Shown piece by piece: positions 23,405 to 30,368 of a stretch of 32,000 nt of DNA (position 1 is its first letter; the number at the start of each line of letters is the position of its first letter). Made by a program: the position numbers and the translations under genes. The notes beneath the pieces were generated by a model, which worked only from the letters and a program-made list of their open reading frames with translations, was not told the origin of the DNA and searched no databases. The stretch is from a virus: IMG/VR virus record IMGVR_UViG_3300045988_011936, positions 1 through 32,000 of that record. The stretch is one strand, 5' to 3'.

Positions 23405-24113
23405 ACACGCCTAACGCATAGGCTTTATATAAGGCTTTTCTTACAGTTATTTTATTACGTCCAACTTTGCCCCTGGTCCGATATTTGAGAATGATGCGAT
23501 TAATCTCGCCATCTAGCCTTTCGGGCCATTCATAGTTATTGGAAACAAAATCAACAATCTCACTGAATAGCTCTCTTGACAGCACGCCTTCCATTTGAAT
23601 AGCCTTCAAAGGCGTTAGTGCAGCTTTTTCCGCATAGCACAGATTGAGGGCGTTTTGGGTTTTGTTAGCACTTTTTTGGTTGCACCCTTTAACCTCTCTG
23701 ATATAGTTGTTTAGATTGTTAGGGTGTTCTTTGCGTAGTTCTTCCACTTCTTCTTGGAATCGTTTAAACAGCCCCTCTGGCAGTCCTGCGTTGGTTTTCT
23801 CCAAAACCGGTTTAGTGGTTTTTCCTCTTGTGTAATTAGTAGACAGATAATCTTGAAGGTCGTCGAATAGTTCATCGGAGATAATGCCTTCTAACCTGTC
23901 GACTGTCGCTGGCGATATCCTCGCACGTTCAACGACTGCGGCGTTGAGTGCTTGATATATGATGCGAGCTTGTAACTCATCGCACTGTTTCACATCTTGG
24001 AAAAACTGTTTATAAGAGCCTTTTTTGTGTGTTTTTCTTAGCGCTGCATGTTCATCGACCAACCGTTGATATAACTCAGGTGTCAGTCCGGAATATTTGT
24101 ATCTCACACTCAT
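23403..24113 (-). CDS. Hypothetical protein (236 aa) made of two tandem homologous modules of about 95 aa
   Basis: Residues from about 9 to 100 (GLTPELYQRLVDEHAALRKTH...EGIISDELFDDLQDYLSTNY) align with residues from about 110 to 195 (GLPEGLFKRFQEEVEELRKEH...EGVLSRELFSEIVDFVSNNY). Confidence 0.7.
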   Translation of the reverse strand: MSVRYKYSGLTPELYQRLVDEHAALRKTHKKGSYKQFFQDVKQCDELQARIIYQALNAAVVERARISPATVDRLEGIISDELFDDLQDYLSTNYTRGKTTKPVLEKTNAGLPEGLFKRFQEEVEELRKEHPNNLNNYIREVKGCNQKSANKTQNALNLCYAEKAALTPLKAIQMEGVLSRELFSEIVDFVSNNYEWPERLDGEINRIILKYRTRGKVGRNKITVRKALYKAYALGV

Positions 24114-24517
24114 GAGCTTACCTCTAGCAGCTCTGGATTTTCGTAGATGTTGCCAACAACCTCAATGTAATACTCTTGACTGATGTCAAATAGTCCGTTA
24201 TGTACTTGCCCGTCTATGTACCACATGAAAATCCCGTCCAAACCGCAAATAGTTCCAATTCCACCATCCGGAAAATTAGTTCTTTCGTCACCATCAGTCA
24301 CCTTGACGATATCCCCTTCAAAGATTTCTTTGCCATTCTCGTCTTTGAGGCCTGTGGATTGCATTAAAACGATGTCGTCGAATTTGTAGTAATTTGTCCG
24401 TTCGAAAAAGAGTGTCTTTACAGAAATTTCGCTTTTTCCGAAATCGATAGACATAATATCATCAACTTCGTACATTTCTTTTGTGGCTTTATTCCACGCT
24501 CTATATCTTGGTATCAT
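24110..24517 (-). CDS. YopX-family protein
   Basis: MIPRYRAWNK...LMQSTGLKDENGKEIFEGDIV...GNIYENPELLE are hallmark YopX motifs. Confidence 0.85.
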   Translation of the reverse strand: MIPRYRAWNKATKEMYEVDDIMSIDFGKSEISVKTLFFERTNYYKFDDIVLMQSTGLKDENGKEIFEGDIVKVTDGDERTNFPDGGIGTICGLDGIFMWYIDGQVHNGLFDISQEYYIEVVGNIYENPELLEVSS

Positions 24518-24846
24518 TGCCCTCTCTCCTTCAAATAGCTAGGGATATCATCCCCAATATTCACTTGGTCATACTGTTCCTTGCTTACGAGGAATTTACC
24601 GTAAGCCCCGCAATCAATCGTGTAGAGATCATTAATTTTCTCTTTCCCAGTAACTTTGCCGTGCATCTCTGCGCCCACGTTATCTACTTTATGGATACTT
24701 ACTGTCTCCACCCTGCGTGGCACTGTCAGAACGTAGTAGACCGACAGCATGTTGACGACCAGACTGAAGACTAAGATAGCGCTTGAAATAGTCAAGCTAT
24801 CCGTGTACCACCTCTTATAGGTCTTCTTCTTTGACGAAAGTGCCAT
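24514..24846 (-). CDS. Small membrane-anchored protein (110 aa)
   Basis: Basic N-terminus followed by one TM segment (LTISSAILVFSLVVNMLSVYYVL). Confidence 0.6.
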   Translation of the reverse strand: MALSSKKKTYKRWYTDSLTISSAILVFSLVVNMLSVYYVLTVPRRVETVSIHKVDNVGAEMHGKVTGKEKINDLYTIDCGAYGKFLVSKEQYDQVNIGDDIPSYLKERGQ

Positions 24847-25129
24847 TAATCATCTTTCCCTTTCTATTCTTAATCTCCTCGTATGCAATACCAAGGCACT
24901 CAGTAACATCGAGGTCTAATTGATGTGCTAGCACGATAATCGTTACCAATGTGTCACCGATAGCATCTTTCAACGCTGCTTGCGGTTCTGTGAATTTCGT
25001 CGGTTTCAAGAGTACATCTCGAATTTCTCCGACCTCCTCAGTAACTCGCATCCACTGTATCTTTGGGTCAGCTTGCTTCAGTCCACGGCTATCTGCCCAC
25101 CTATTAATTTTTTTGATTAAGTTGTTCAT
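24815..25129 (-). CDS. MazG-like nucleotide pyrophosphohydrolase
   Basis: EEVGEIRD and DAIGDTLVTIIVLA...AYEEIKNRKGKMINGTFVK motifs. Confidence 0.8.
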   Translation of the reverse strand: MNNLIKKINRWADSRGLKQADPKIQWMRVTEEVGEIRDVLLKPTKFTEPQAALKDAIGDTLVTIIVLAHQLDLDVTECLGIAYEEIKNRKGKMINGTFVKEEDL

Positions 25130-25229
25130 TCTTAATTACCTCTTTCATCCACTGGAAAAATAGCATCAATGATTTACATAAAAGCGTTAGCATGAGCACA
25201 AGCAACACTCTGATAATATTTTCAAACAT
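25104..25229 (-). CDS. Tentative 41-aa membrane peptide
   Basis: MFENIIRVLLVLMLTLLCKSLMLFFQWMKEVIKNEQLNQKN. TAATG coupling to the upstream stop, with a GAGGTGG RBS. It overlaps the MazG start by 26 nt. Confidence 0.3.
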   Translation of the reverse strand: MFENIIRVLLVLMLTLLCKSLMLFFQWMKEVIKNEQLNQKN

Positions 25230-25513
25230 TATTCCACCTCATCAACTTCAATACCTAAATCTACTAATTGTGTCTTTAAATTTTTGATCGTTTGTTTCAA
25301 CGCGTCATTGATTGCGTCTGATAAAGTTTTCGATGTTATCACCATAGTTTTTTCTTCAAAAAAGAATCTCGTTTTAATTGCCATCTTGAATGTTGGTTCT
25401 TGTTTTATAATAAAAACTTTGTCAAGAGGTGACAGTTTGTAGTTGATAAATTTTTCCAATTCTTCAATCTGTTGTCTAATTTCTTCCGCTTTTTTTAACT
25501 CTAATAAATCCAC
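25229..25513 (-). CDS. Hypothetical protein (94 aa, GTG start)
   Basis: GAGGTGG RBS 6 nt upstream of the GTG. The N-terminal half is a coiled coil. Confidence 0.6.
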   Translation of the reverse strand: MDLLELKKAEEIRQQIEELEKFINYKLSPLDKVFIIKQEPTFKMAIKTRFFFEEKTMVITSKTLSDAINDALKQTIKNLKTQLVDLGIEVDEVE

Positions 25514-25993
25514 CTATTCCACCTCTTTCACTTCCACGCCTTCACAAGAGAATACCCAACCGAAATTAGCTTCTTCTAGCTCTTTGCGGGTGTGGGAATC
25601 TCTGGAGAAGATCGCGCGGTGAACGGCAAAATAGTATTCTTCATTTTTTTCATCGTAAAGAAGAATTTGAGGTGTTTCTTTAAGTTCAATTACATATTCT
25701 TTTTCCTTCTCTACCTCATAACCAAACTGACGCATGTTGACGAGGGTAGTGATGGCTTTGTTCCTGCCAGTATGGTACATCCAGTATTTGAACTCGTCCC
25801 ATTTCGTATCAGCCCAGCTTGTAAGATATGCCCAAATATCATCATTTAAGTCATTCTTATGTTCCTCATACCAATCCGCCACACATTGCGGCACCACTGG
25901 TTTAGGGAAGAACGAATCATATAGATTCTCAGCGTGGGCTATTGAAAGGCGCCCTGCTGTTGCTAGTTTCTGTACTGCTTCATTTCTAGTCAT
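25514..25993 (-). CDS. DUF1642-like phage protein
   Basis: VVPQCVADWYEEHK and the C-terminal ELEEANFGWVFSCEGVEVKEVE resemble DUF1642. Start set at MTRNEAV, which has a GGGAG RBS. Confidence 0.6.
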   Translation of the reverse strand: MTRNEAVQKLATAGRLSIAHAENLYDSFFPKPVVPQCVADWYEEHKNDLNDDIWAYLTSWADTKWDEFKYWMYHTGRNKAITTLVNMRQFGYEVEKEKEYVIELKETPQILLYDEKNEEYYFAVHRAIFSRDSHTRKELEEANFGWVFSCEGVEVKEVE

Positions 25994-26006
25994 TCTACTT
26001 ACTCCC

Positions 26007-26399
26007 TTAATCGACATTTTTAAGTTTTACAGGCACCCACATTTTAGGGTTGTAATTGATCTCATATTTGTATTTTGAAACATTCGGTACTTCAACATCT
26101 TCTACTACATAAGAGACATTATCTGACAAACCGATAATATGTTTTTGATATTTGTTCTTACCATTTTCTACAACAATTTCAAGTTGTTTATCATGAGTAT
26201 CAGCCTTGATGGACATCCTACCGCTCATTTGGAACATTACGTCGTTTGTAATAGCATCAATCACCGTTACTTTTCGAACAACATTAAAGTTATCCGATTC
26301 TTGAGATAAATTTTCAGATACTCTATTTGCCTCTGAGCAACCAGTTAAAAATAATAAACCACTTACAGCAATAATTGCCATTTTACTTAATTTGTTCAT
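26007..26399 (-). CDS. Phage-encoded lipoprotein (130 aa)
   Basis: Signal peptide MNKLSKMAIIAVSGLLFLTGC with the lipobox L-T-G-C, and a GAGGTGG RBS. Confidence 0.75.
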   Translation of the reverse strand: MNKLSKMAIIAVSGLLFLTGCSEANRVSENLSQESDNFNVVRKVTVIDAITNDVMFQMSGRMSIKADTHDKQLEIVVENGKNKYQKHIIGLSDNVSYVVEDVEVPNVSKYKYEINYNPKMWVPVKLKNVD

Positions 26400-26408
26400 G
26401 CTTCCACC

Positions 26409-26588
26409 TCACACATAATATTTTCGTTCCAAGTCAATCATCTCTTGCCTAAGTTCAATTCCCAGACGTTTGATTTTTGATTTATTAGCTGCCGATTCCG
26501 TCCACCCGTTCGGTGGTTCTTTAGAAAGATTTTCACACTCAGAAATGTATTTATCAAACATGCTTTTTACGTAATCTAACTCATTCAT
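26409..26588 (-). CDS. Hypothetical protein (59 aa)
   Basis: ATG with a GGAG..GGTGGA RBS. The longer 95-aa track ORF starts at a GTG without an RBS. Confidence 0.5.
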   Translation of the reverse strand: MNELDYVKSMFDKYISECENLSKEPPNGWTESAANKSKIKRLGIELRQEMIDLERKYYV

Positions 26589-26723
26589 CACATTCCACCA
26601 TCTCCACTGTATACATCCTAGAATTGTGATACTTAACACCTCGTAAACGGTGCAATTCGTTGATAGCGTCGTTCTTGTTGCTAAAAATATGCTCACTGTC
26701 TGGCATATTGTCGTAGTAGACGA

Positions 26724-26966
26724 TTACTTTGTATCGCATAACTTCATCATCTCCTTTAATAATTCTTCATCCGGTAACTGCTCCAGCATTAATATGCGAT
26801 TGAGCTTCTTTGCATTGATTCCTAGCTTGGCGCTGATGTATTCCATGTCTTCGTGATTAGCCCAGAACCACTTCGAGAATTCTTGTGTTTGACCTAATAC
26901 GCTTGTGTGATCGTAACTGCCCGGAGCATATACACCGACCAGCTTGTCTTTATATTTGCTGTTCAT
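26724..26966 (-). CDS. Hypothetical protein (80 aa)
   Basis: ORF with an ATGA overlap to the RusA stop. Confidence 0.6.
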   Translation of the reverse strand: MNSKYKDKLVGVYAPGSYDHTSVLGQTQEFSKWFWANHEDMEYISAKLGINAKKLNRILMLEQLPDEELLKEMMKLCDTK

Positions 26967-27424
26967 TCCAGCTCCTTGATTTCAAATTCAATGCGTGGAT
27001 TAGGACTGTACTTCTTGCGAGCTCTTAAATCGCAAACAATACTGTCATCCGTCCACACGATACCCTTCTTATCAACTTTGTTGTAACCAGCCTTTGAGAT
27101 ACTGTCAAATAGCGATTTAACCAGATTGTCAACGTCTGGAATTTTCGCATGCCAAAGCATTTCAGCCATGAATTTCTTGAATGTATCCCACGTTTTAGCT
27201 CTAGCTTTTGGCGTGGGCTTTTTTGATACGTTCAGCGGGGCTTTCATGTAGAATGTGACATCAACCATAATCGGGCCGTCAAAGAATTGTCCGTCATATT
27301 CTTGCTCGATAAGTTGCGAGCACTGACGACGCCATGCCTTCATTTTGGGGTCTTCATACGTTCCAAATTTGCTGAATCGTGGCCTTGTTTGTGGCTTCGG
27401 TTCAATATTTAAAATCATTCTCAT
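26963..27424 (-). CDS. rusA: RusA-family Holliday junction resolvase
   Basis: PKPQTRPRF..., PDVDNLVKSLFDS and VWTDDSIV motifs. Confidence 0.8.
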   Translation of the reverse strand: MRMILNIEPKPQTRPRFSKFGTYEDPKMKAWRRQCSQLIEQEYDGQFFDGPIMVDVTFYMKAPLNVSKKPTPKARAKTWDTFKKFMAEMLWHAKIPDVDNLVKSLFDSISKAGYNKVDKKGIVWTDDSIVCDLRARKKYSPNPRIEFEIKELE

Positions 27425-27433
27425 AACGACACC

Positions 27434-27952
27434 TTAGAAGGGTAGGTCCGAATCACTGATATCCATAGGGTTTGAATTACCGTATGGGCTGCCACCTTGT
27501 GCAAATCCTTGGTTTTGCTGTTGTGGCGCTTGTCGTTGCGGTGCTTGTTGCCCGTGAGGACCTGCATAGCCGTTGTCGTTGCCAAATGCTCCCGATGTAT
27601 TGCCTTGAGTAGCATTGCTACCTTCACGCGCCGCACGGCTTTCTAACATTTGGAAGTTCTCAGCGACTACCTCAGTGACATACACTCGTTGACCTTGCTG
27701 ATTCTCATAGCTACGGGTCTGAATGCGTCCAGTAATTCCAATCAATGCGCCTTTCTTAGCCCAGTTAGCCAAATTCTCAGCTTGCTGACGCCAGATAACG
27801 CAGTTGATAAAGTCTGTTTCACGTTCGCCGTTAGCATCCTTGAAATTGCGGTTAACAGCTAGGCTAAACGTAGCTACTGCAATGTTACTGGTCGTGTATT
27901 TTAGTTCGGGGTCACGGGTTAGGCGCCCAACTAGTACGGTCGAATTGATCAT
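27434..27952 (-). CDS. ssb: Single-stranded DNA-binding protein
   Basis: OB-fold N-terminus ([20 protein letters not shown]), a Gln/Pro/Gly-rich linker, and an acidic DISDSDLPF tail. Confidence 0.95.
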   Translation of the reverse strand: MINSTVLVGRLTRDPELKYTTSNIAVATFSLAVNRNFKDANGERETDFINCVIWRQQAENLANWAKKGALIGITGRIQTRSYENQQGQRVYVTEVVAENFQMLESRAAREGSNATQGNTSGAFGNDNGYAGPHGQQAPQRQAPQQQNQGFAQGGSPYGNSNPMDISDSDLPF

Positions 27953-28932
27953 TGATTTTCTCCTAGAATTTCATAATTTACAAAGTTGTCATCCAACAGC
28001 TTAGCGAATTGATGCCACTGATTCTCTCCGCCGTGGAAAGTTAGTGAAAGATTGACCTTGTACGGTTCAGCGGGTTTGCTAGGCACTTCCTCGACAGGCT
28101 TAGTGTCTTCGATAACCTCGCCTGTTTCAGCATTTACTGCTTTGATTTCCTTGTTAGCTGACTGTTGGGCCATTGCTTCAATCTCTGCTAGACGTGCCGC
28201 TTCTGCTTTTTGTTTGGCTTCTGCTTGCTGCTTGCGTTCAATAGCTGCATCACGGTCCTTCTTCATTTGCTTGACAACTTCAACTAGAGGTGTGCCAATT
28301 TGCAATAATTTGATATATAGCTCTGCCGGTAGTTCATAATCAAGAGCTTGTTCTTCAATCATGGCAATGTTGGCCTTGTATTCCTCAAGTCGGTCATACT
28401 CAGCCAAAACCAATGCGTCAATCTTTTCTTCTGTCGCTTTTTTGAGCTTCATTTTCTTATCCATGAAATCTCCGACTTTAGAAAAGCTCTCGTACTTGTC
28501 CTTGAATGTATCCTTGTCTAGTCCGGCTAGCTCACACTTACTTTCAAAGACTGATCTAACGTGGTCGATTCGCAGCATTTTTTTGTGTTCTTTGACTTCA
28601 TCACGTTTAGCGCGCAACTTGTCAAGAAGTGCATTCAATGGCTCTAGCGAGGTCGCTAGTTTAGATTCAAACTCGGTGAGTGGGTCTTTGTAGATTCTGC
28701 CAATTTCCTTACGCTTGTCATCCAGTTTGTCGCCAAGCCCTTTGAAACGAGTAATTTCTTTTAAGACCTCGTCATATTCAAGCTGGTCCAGTTGCTCGTC
28801 TGATAGCTCGCTAACTGCCGCTTGAATAGCTGCATCGAATTTGTCAAAGTCGAAGTTAATCGTCCCCGGTGTATAAACCGGCTCGATTGTTTCCAAGAAA
28901 TTGTTTGTTGCGTTGTTCGTTACGTCCTTCAT
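27949..28932 (-). CDS. DUF1351-like protein associated with the recombination module
   Basis: 327 aa, long charged helices, lying between Erf and SSB as in related Firmicute phages. Confidence 0.55.
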   Translation of the reverse strand: MKDVTNNATNNFLETIEPVYTPGTINFDFDKFDAAIQAAVSELSDEQLDQLEYDEVLKEITRFKGLGDKLDDKRKEIGRIYKDPLTEFESKLATSLEPLNALLDKLRAKRDEVKEHKKMLRIDHVRSVFESKCELAGLDKDTFKDKYESFSKVGDFMDKKMKLKKATEEKIDALVLAEYDRLEEYKANIAMIEEQALDYELPAELYIKLLQIGTPLVEVVKQMKKDRDAAIERKQQAEAKQKAEAARLAEIEAMAQQSANKEIKAVNAETGEVIEDTKPVEEVPSKPAEPYKVNLSLTFHGGENQWHQFAKLLDDNFVNYEILGENQ

Positions 28933-28935
28933 GTC

Positions 28936-29634
28936 TTATCCCTTTCGATTGTTAATTTGTGTTTGAATGTCGTTAGATACCACGTTAAAACCTGCTACTA
29001 GCAACTCATGGAAGTCATTGAGCTTGTACTTCTTCAAGTAGTAATTAGCTACTGTTTCGGTTGCTTGACCAGTAATTAGTGCTAGCTCATTGATTTGTTG
29101 CATGATAAGGTCATGTTGTTCATTGCTAATGAAGTTAGGTTGTTGATCGCTTCTTGACTCGTAGCGTGCTTGTTGCGGTTGTTGGTTTTGATGTGGCTGG
29201 GGGTTGTGAGGTTGGTTTTGTTGCAAACTATCCTCTGACATTTCAAATTGGTCCACATCTTGGTCACCGATTGCAAACAATGACTGTAAGGCATATTTCC
29301 CAGCGTATGATTGCACCGCTCCTGTCCATTGCGGCTCAGTCATTTGTTTTAAGTCCCCGTTACGAGTTTTTAAAATCGGTACGGGAGACAATTCGGCAAA
29401 CGCTACCGATTCCACGTTTTTTTCTTTACTGAAAGCCGTGGCAGTGGCTTTGATATAGGTTTTGTCCATAACTACAACCAAGTCATAGTCAACAACGACA
29501 CTCCAGTTTGATTTAAAACTCTTGAATGTGTTGTAAATGTCCTCAGCACTTCTTGAAGCGTACTTGGCATTTCGTTCTTGCTTTTTTTCAAGCTGCATCC
29601 GTTGTTGCAGCTCAGTGAATGTCATTTCTTCCAT
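28936..29634 (-). CDS. erf: Erf-family single-strand annealing protein
   Basis: The QWTGAVQSYAGKYALQSLFAIGD core is followed by a Q/P-rich linker. It lies next to SSB. Confidence 0.72.
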   Translation of the reverse strand: MEEMTFTELQQRMQLEKKQERNAKYASRSAEDIYNTFKSFKSNWSVVVDYDLVVVMDKTYIKATATAFSKEKNVESVAFAELSPVPILKTRNGDLKQMTEPQWTGAVQSYAGKYALQSLFAIGDQDVDQFEMSEDSLQQNQPHNPQPHQNQQPQQARYESRSDQQPNFISNEQHDLIMQQINELALITGQATETVANYYLKKYKLNDFHELLVAGFNVVSNDIQTQINNRKG

Positions 29635-29688
29635 GTCATATCCTTTTTAATACCCCTAATTCTCAAATTTTGGGTTCTCTTATCGTTT

Positions 29689-29979
29689 TTAGGTGGTAGT
29701 TTCTGATTTTTGGTATTCTTCGTAAAAATCAAAACCCTGCTCTCTAAGTCTGCTGAGTTTTCGTGCCATAATTTTATTCAAAAGATCAACAACATCCTTT
29801 TTATCTTCAGCATCCAGTCTGACCGATGACGAGATGTCTATCCCGTTAATGCTTTCGTAAACTTTGACCTCGATATAGTTCTTCCCTTCGGCTGAACTTA
29901 GCACTCTTACAATGTCACTTAAGACCCTTGACTCGTCCCAGACTTCTTCAAATTCTTTGAATGTTATCGTTGCTCTCAC
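29689..29979 (-). CDS. Hypothetical protein (96 aa, GTG start)
   Basis: The only possible in-frame start is a GTG with a closely abutting AGAGG. A 20-codon upstream ORF (ATG at about 30012) overlaps it in another frame. Confidence 0.5.
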   Translation of the reverse strand: MRATITFKEFEEVWDESRVLSDIVRVLSSAEGKNYIEVKVYESINGIDISSSVRLDAEDKKDVVDLLNKIMARKLSRLREQGFDFYEEYQKSETTT

Positions 29980-30045
29980 CTCTAAACTTCATTTTTTGAT
30001 TATCTGCCATAATTAATGCCTACCCTCCCACCACTTCAAGTTCTG

Positions 30046-30366
30046 TTAGTCCGTCAATAAGTCTAGGAGCGATTTGAAACCATCTTTCAGGGATTCTTCA
30101 CGCGCTGTGCGTTCAAAGTCCGAACCGCCGGGTTTAGTTACATTGTATTCAGCTTCCACGATAAGCACTTCGCAGTCAAACGCTTCAGCAAGTTTGTCGA
30201 TTTCAGTTTTTTGTTCTTCATATGGTTCAACTGGCAAGTATAGTGCGTCTCTCAAACGGTCAGTAAATGTTGCTTCGAAAACTAGACTTCCTCTATCTTT
30301 GTAACTTTTAAGAAATCCATCCTTTTCAGCACTGTAAAAGATGACTTTTTTATTGTTTTCTTTCAT
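30046..30366 (-). CDS. Hypothetical protein (106 aa)
   Basis: The ATG lies 2 nt after the stop of the LPXTG gene. Its GAGGAAGAA RBS is embedded in that gene's last codons. Confidence 0.6.
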   Translation of the reverse strand: MKENNKKVIFYSAEKDGFLKSYKDRGSLVFEATFTDRLRDALYLPVEPYEEQKTEIDKLAEAFDCEVLIVEAEYNVTKPGGSDFERTAREESLKDGFKSLLDLLTD

Positions 30367-30368
30367 GA

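Noticed and set aside
23340-23480. A complete tRNA gene around the T-loop-like GGTTCGACTCC.
   Set aside because: No D arm or anticodon arm can be drawn. The sequence upstream of the T arm is the 3' end of a protein-coding ORF. Only an acceptor/T minihelix is supported.
25230-25525. The 11-nt repeat GAGGTGGAATA at two gene junctions (25230-25240 and 25515-25525), with a similar GAGGTGGAAGC at 26400-26412.
   Set aside because: It is explained by a shared strong RBS embedded in a conserved C-terminal (E)VE codon context. Such junctions are typical module-shuffling boundaries in streptococcal phages and do not constitute a separate element.
27421-27636. 71-aa ORF overlapping the ssb 3' end in another frame.
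   Set aside because: The SSB frame is unambiguous (OB fold plus the DLPF tail). The overlapping ORF has no RBS.
29980-30045. A 20-codon upstream ORF (MADNQKMKFRGESNDNIQRI) with an A-run, considered as a sign of a frameshifted gene.
   Set aside because: Removing or adding an A in the run does not fuse it to the downstream 96-aa frame, because a TGA intervenes. It is probably a small uORF or noise.
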